Of a stretch of DNA of 64,000 nucleotides, positions 62,517-64,000 are shown piece by piece. The stretch's first letter is position 1. Each line of letters opens with the position of its first letter. The position numbers and the translations under genes are program-made. The stretch lies in NCBI RefSeq assembly GCF_044647545.1, contig NZ_CP172818.1, one strand, 5' to 3'. Under the pieces are notes generated by a model. The model made no database searches, was not told where the DNA came from, and saw nothing but the letters and a program-made list of their open reading frames with translations. The DNA comes from Escherichia coli. GTDB lineage: Bacteria > Pseudomonadota > Gammaproteobacteria > Enterobacterales > Enterobacteriaceae.

Positions 62517-62891
62517 CTAACAAGATAAACTCGCAGGATTCTCTTTCGTCGCATTGACAAAACAACGGAATAGTCGATTACCTGACTTCCGCCATTTCTG
62601 AAGATCCTGCATATTAATACCATAACTGCTGAACAACATAAAGGTGTCATCCAGATATTCGTCGATCTGCTCAATGAGCTTATTGTCTTCATTATACTTA
62701 ATTTTGTAATTAAGTGCGAAGGTCGCAATATGCTCAATCAGTTCATTCAACTGGAGGTTGATCGCCGAGGTTGGGTCGTTAACCCAGCCATGATTGCTTT
62801 CTTCAAGGTTTGCAAGACAGTCATGATACAGGGTTTCACAGAGAAACTTAAGCTGTGCGATATCATGTCTTTTGGGTGAGTATTCATCCAT
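62517..62891 (-). CDS. tomB: Hha toxicity modulator TomB (YbaJ)
   Basis: 124 aa, [36 protein letters not shown]; immediately upstream of hha. Confidence 0.93.
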
Positions 62892-63392
62892 AACGCGTCC
62901 CCTTCTTAGCGGTTGAACTAACGGACACCTTTCGGGATGGAAAAAACTTACTGACCTGGACTTGCCCTCTCGTTTGTTAGCTTAACTATAAGCCACTCTT
63001 TGCAGGTTTTCATCGCATTATTACGAAAAATTACAATTAGGAAGGAAGCGGGACAGGACTTACTTTTTCATACTAGCACTAACCCGCAGCAGGTAAAAGC
63101 AGTTTGCTCGAACTGTTCATAACATTTCAGGATTATCGCCAGATGAAATTGGTAACACTAATACCAGGATTGCTCTGAATATGACGTAATAACCGAGGAA
63201 TGAATAAAGAATTACCGCAAATAATTAAGAATAGCCTCTAAATGATTATGGATTATTAAATCTATTAGCGCTACTTAATATAAATTAACTAACAATCAGT
63301 ATTTTTTATGAATTTTATACGTGTTTAATACTGGTTTTCGTATGAGATCCTGAGTTGGTGGTTCAATGACTCCTTAATGTTCGTAGGTTATG

Positions 63393-63419
63393 CATAAAAA
63401 AGGCCGCTTGCGCGGCCTT
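63393..63419 (-). terminator. Rho-independent terminator downstream of acrB
   Basis: aaggccgc/ttgc/gcggcctt hairpin; on the minus strand it is followed by a T run (plus-strand ataaaaaa). Confidence 0.75.
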
Positions 63420-63436
63420 AGTGATTACACGTTGTA

Positions 63437-64000
<564 letters not shown>

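Noticed and set aside
62273-62891. tomB-hha pair as a novel toxin-antitoxin-like module
   Set aside because: Both proteins match the well-characterised Hha/TomB pair; nothing here is undescribed.
62892-63400. AT-rich region upstream of tomB-hha, and likewise the cyoA upstream region (33782..34240), as possible foreign DNA
   Set aside because: Moderately AT-rich with mixed composition, in the expected position for the promoter regions of these operons; consistent with ordinary curved, H-NS-type regulatory DNA.

Overview
The window is a syntenic stretch of Escherichia coli K-12-type core chromosome, recognised from the translated ORFs: phoR(3' end)-brnQ-proY-malZ-acpH-queA-tgt-yajC-secD-secF-yajD-tsx-yajI-nrdR-ribD-ribH-nusB-thiL-pgpA-yajO-dxs-ispA-xseB-thiI-yajL-panE-yajQ-yajR-cyoEDCBA-ampG-yajG-bolA-tig-clpP-clpX-lon-hupB-ppiD-ybaV-fadM-queC-ybaE-cof-ybaO-mdlA-mdlB-glnK-amtB-tesB-ybaY-atl-ffs-ybaA-pdeB-ylaC-maa-hha-tomB-acrB(3' end). 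It is housekeeping DNA; I see no transposase, integrase, phage gene, CRISPR array or defence island, and no evidence for a novel biological system. The one thing the surrounding genes do not explain is a roughly 1.1 kb block of extremely AT-rich, homopolymer-rich, ORF-free DNA between the convergent genes malZ and acpH (about 5660-6735). It looks like AT-rich eukaryotic intergenic DNA rather than enterobacterial sequence, so it is most likely a foreign, chimeric or engineered insertion. Where the ORF track over-extends N-termini I trimmed starts to the recognised native start (noted per feature). Product names come from my recollection of the E. coli proteins, not from a database search, and terminator and promoter coordinates are approximate to a few bases.
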